From an uncultured Syntrophobacterales bacterium (GTDB lineage: Bacteria; Desulfobacterota; Desulfobaccia; Desulfobaccales; 0-14-0-80-60-11): 64,000 nt of DNA. Under the pieces are notes generated by a model. That model had not been told where the DNA came from, did no database searches, and saw only the letters and a program-made list of their open reading frames with translations. Positions 61,984 to 64,000 of this stretch are shown piece after piece; position 1 is the first letter of the stretch, and every line of letters starts with the position of its first letter. The stretch covers positions 633 through 64,632 of the forward strand of contig CBFDAH010000001.1 of assembly GCA_965602785.1 (NCBI GenBank), written 5' to 3'. The translations under genes and the position numbers were made by a program.

Positions 61984-62127
61984 AGGGGCGGGCCGGGGGA
62001 CCACTGGCCCCCCGCCCTTGGGCACGGCAAGCCGTGCCCCTGCGACTCCCCTCCCAACCCCCTTTAGGCTTTGGGAAAATCGAGGCCCAAGGTCTCGCTT
62101 TTTTGAAAATATGTAAGGGGTTGGGAG
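61984..62127. repeat. composite G/C-tract element (copy E, right hairpin missing)
   Basis: GAGGGGCGGGCCGGGGGACCACTGGCCCCCCGCCC, GGGCACGGCAAGCCGTGCCCCTGC, CTCCCAACCCCCTTTAGG ... TAAGGGGTTGGGAG. Confidence 0.75.
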
Positions 62128-62218
62128 AAAGGCGGTTGAGAAAAACAGGGCTACGGGGGGCGCATATCTAGGTGCTTCCTCCCACAGGTCAAGGCTCCCA
62201 AAATCCAGAGATTCGTGC

Positions 62219-62248
62219 TTGACTTGCTTGCCTTCTATTTTGTATTAT
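62219..62248 (+). promoter_or_regulatory. candidate sigma70-type promoter for the HdrA-like gene
   Basis: TTGACT (62219-62224), 18-nt spacer ending in TG, then TATTAT (62243-62248), i.e. an extended -10. About 75 nt upstream of ATG 62324. Confidence 0.45.
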
Positions 62249-62323
62249 GACTAGTGGGTTATTTCACAATACCTGAACATCAGACGTTATAGAAACCTAA
62301 AAACCATAAAGGGAAGGAAATAT

Positions 62324-64000
62324 ATGGCACCACAGGCCCCTCAAAAACCGGTAGGAAAAGTGATGGTCGTGGGCGCCGGCATCGCCGGGGTGCAGGCGGC
62401 CCTGGACCTGGCCAACGCCGGTTTCTACGTCCACCTGGTGGAAAAAAAGTCGGCCATCGGGGGCGTCATGGCCCAGTTGGACAAGACCTTTCCCACCAAC
62501 GATTGTTCCATGTGCATCATCTCTCCCAAGCTGGTGGAATGCGGCCGCCACCTGAACATCGAGATTTCCACCTTAAGTGAGGTGGCCGCCATCCAAGGCG
62601 AGCCCGGGAACTTCACCGTGACCCTGGAGCAGGAGCCCCGCTACATCGACCCGGCCAAGTGCACCGGCTGCGGGGCCTGCGTTGACGTTTGCCCGGTGGG
62701 GGTGCCCGACGAATTCAACCTGAGGTTAAATGAAGGCAAGGCCATTTACCGCTTGTATCCCCAGGCCATCCCCTCCACCTTCGCCATCAAGAAGTTTGAC
62801 CGGGCCCCGTGCACCCGGGCCTGTCCGGCCAACCTGAGCGCCCAAGGCTACGTGCAGCTCATCAAGGCGGAAAAATTCACCGAATCTTTGGCCCTCATCA
62901 TGGAGCGGCTGCCCCTGCCCGGCACCATCGGCCGCATCTGCCCCCACCCCTGCGAGACTGACTGCCGCCGCCAGGAAATGGACGAGCCCATTGCCATTTG
63001 CTCCCTGAAGCGTTTTGTGGCGGACCAGGTGGATTGGGACGCTATCCCCGTCCCCGAGGTGGAGCCGCGGGAGGAGTCGGTGGCCATCGTGGGCTCCGGC
63101 CCCGGGGGTCTTGCCTGCGCTTACCATCTGGCCATGATGGGCTTCAAGCCGGTGATTTTTGAAGCCGCGCCCGAGCCCGGCGGCTGGCTGCGTTACGGCA
63201 TCCCCGAGTACCGCCTGCCCCGGCAGGTCGTTGATCAGGAAATCAATTACCTGAAAAAGCTGGGGGTGGATATTCGCTGCAGCACGCCCATCGGCGAAGG
63301 CCGCACGGTGAATGACCTCCTCACCCGGGACGGCTTCCGCGCGGTGTACCTGGGCGTGGGCTGCTCGGACTCCCTTAAGATCCCGGTTACCGGCTCCGAC
63401 GCCGACGGCGTCCTCTGGGGCGTAGATTACCTCAGGGACTCCTCCGCCGGGGAAAAGTTCAACTTTTCCGGCAAGAAGGTTCTCGTCGTGGGCGGCGGCA
63501 ACGTGGCCATGGACGTGGCCCGCACCGCCAAGCGTCAGAAGCCCGCAGAGGTTAGCATCATCTGTCTGGAATCCCGGGAGGAGATGCCCGCCAACACCTG
63601 GGAAGTGGAAGAGGCGGAGCACGAAGGCATTCCCATCGCCCATCGTCTGGGCGTCAAGCAGGTCCTCACCAAGGGCGGCAAGGTCACTGGGTTGGAGCTC
63701 AAGGCGGTGGAGCGGGTCTTCGACGAGGAAGGCCGTTTCGCCCCCACCTACTTCGAGGATCAGCTCAGCACCCAGGATTGCGACGTGGTCATCCTGGCCA
63801 TCGGCCAGAAGGCCAACCTCTCCTTTCTCACCGACGCGGATGGCGTGGAGCTTACCCCCCGGGGCCTCATCAAGGCGGACCCGGACACCTGCGCCACCAG
63901 CCGGGAGGGCGTGTTTGCCGGCGGCGACGTGGTGAGCGGTCCCTGGATCGCCATCGCCGCGGTGGCCGACGGCCGGGAGGCGGCTGTCTCCATTGACCGC
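62324..64000 (+). CDS. HdrA-like FAD/FeS oxidoreductase fused to a GltD-like (glutamate synthase small subunit-type) NAD(P)H module; 3' end outside the window
   Basis: Absent from the ORF track because it has no stop before the window end. Hand translation is stop-free from ATG 62324 (GGGAAGGA RBS). VMVVGAGIAGVQAALDLANAG, KTFPTNDCSMCIISPKL (HdrA hallmark), CTGCGACVDVCP, ICPHPCETDCRR and VAIVGSGPGGLACA (GltD-like). Confidence 0.8.
   Translation, partial: MAPQAPQKPVGKVMVVGAGIAGVQAALDLANAGFYVHLVEKKSAIGGVMAQLDKTFPTNDCSMCIISPKLVECGRHLNIEISTLSEVAAIQGEPGNFTVTLEQEPRYIDPAKCTGCGACVDVCPVGVPDEFNLRLNEGKAIYRLYPQAIPSTFAIKKFDRAPCTRACPANLSAQGYVQLIKAEKFTESLALIMERLPLPGTIGRICPHPCETDCRRQEMDEPIAICSLKRFVADQVDWDAIPVPEVEPREESVAIVGSGPGGLACAYHLAMMGFKPVIFEAAPEPGGWLRYGIPEYRLPRQVVDQEINYLKKLGVDIRCSTPIGEGRTVNDLLTRDGFRAVYLGVGCSDSLKIPVTGSDADGVLWGVDYLRDSSAGEKFNFSGKKVLVVGGGNVAMDVARTAKRQKPAEVSIICLESREEMPANTWEVEEAEHEGIPIAHRLGVKQVLTKGGKVTGLELKAVERVFDEEGRFAPTYFEDQLSTQDCDVVILAIGQKANLSFLTDADGVELTPRGLIKADPDTCATSREGVFAGGDVVSGPWIAIAAVADGREAAVSIDR

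Noticed and set aside
4901-62127. Possibility that the recurring hairpin repeats form a CRISPR array.
   Set aside because: The copies are dispersed over 57 kb, not regularly spaced, and internally palindromic and composite. They are separated by whole genes, and no cas genes are present.

Overview
GC-rich (roughly 60% by eye) bacterial chromosome segment. The gene content looks like a strictly anaerobic, probably thermophilic sulfate-reducer-type organism: CooS, an HdrA/GltD-like flavoprotein and a three-subunit quinol:fumarate reductase. That assignment is inference only. About 40 kb is housekeeping: cooS (partial), trxA-trxB, bamD, surE, an ABC-2/GldG/DUF4340 cluster, a SPOR protein, an epimerase, TolC, rpoZ, pabA-pabB-pabC, sdhCAB, uppP, the ftsH-folP-cdaA-ybbR block and a REC-TPR regulator. 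Four non-core parts stand out. (1) 41.35-61.63 kb holds a ~19-20 kb one-strand Mu-like head plus tail/fibre cluster. It has no transposase, integrase, replication or endolysin genes, carries three ORF-breaking lesions (a G7 run, an in-frame TAA, a C11 run), and host repeat hairpins sit in its gaps. It is either a defective transposable prophage or a domesticated GTA-like locus. (2) A ~4.1 kb ArsR-headed six-gene cysteine-rich metal-handling island (14.2-18.5 kb) is bracketed by an ~85 bp direct repeat that duplicates the 3' end of the flanking gene. (3) A very abundant GGGGGAGGGGG...CCCCCTCCCCC nested-hairpin repeat family (about 14 units at 10 loci) includes 150-205 bp composite inverted-repeat elements inside the pab and sdh operons. 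(4) Several small unannotated items: two tandem 52-53 aa paralogs ending in HPGHACG, a zinc-ribbon ORF with an in-frame TGA, and a membrane-anchored receiver-like gene whose 3' half drops to about 40% GC. No rRNA, tRNA or CRISPR array was found. Many long ORFs in the track are antisense or repeat-derived artefacts of the high GC content.
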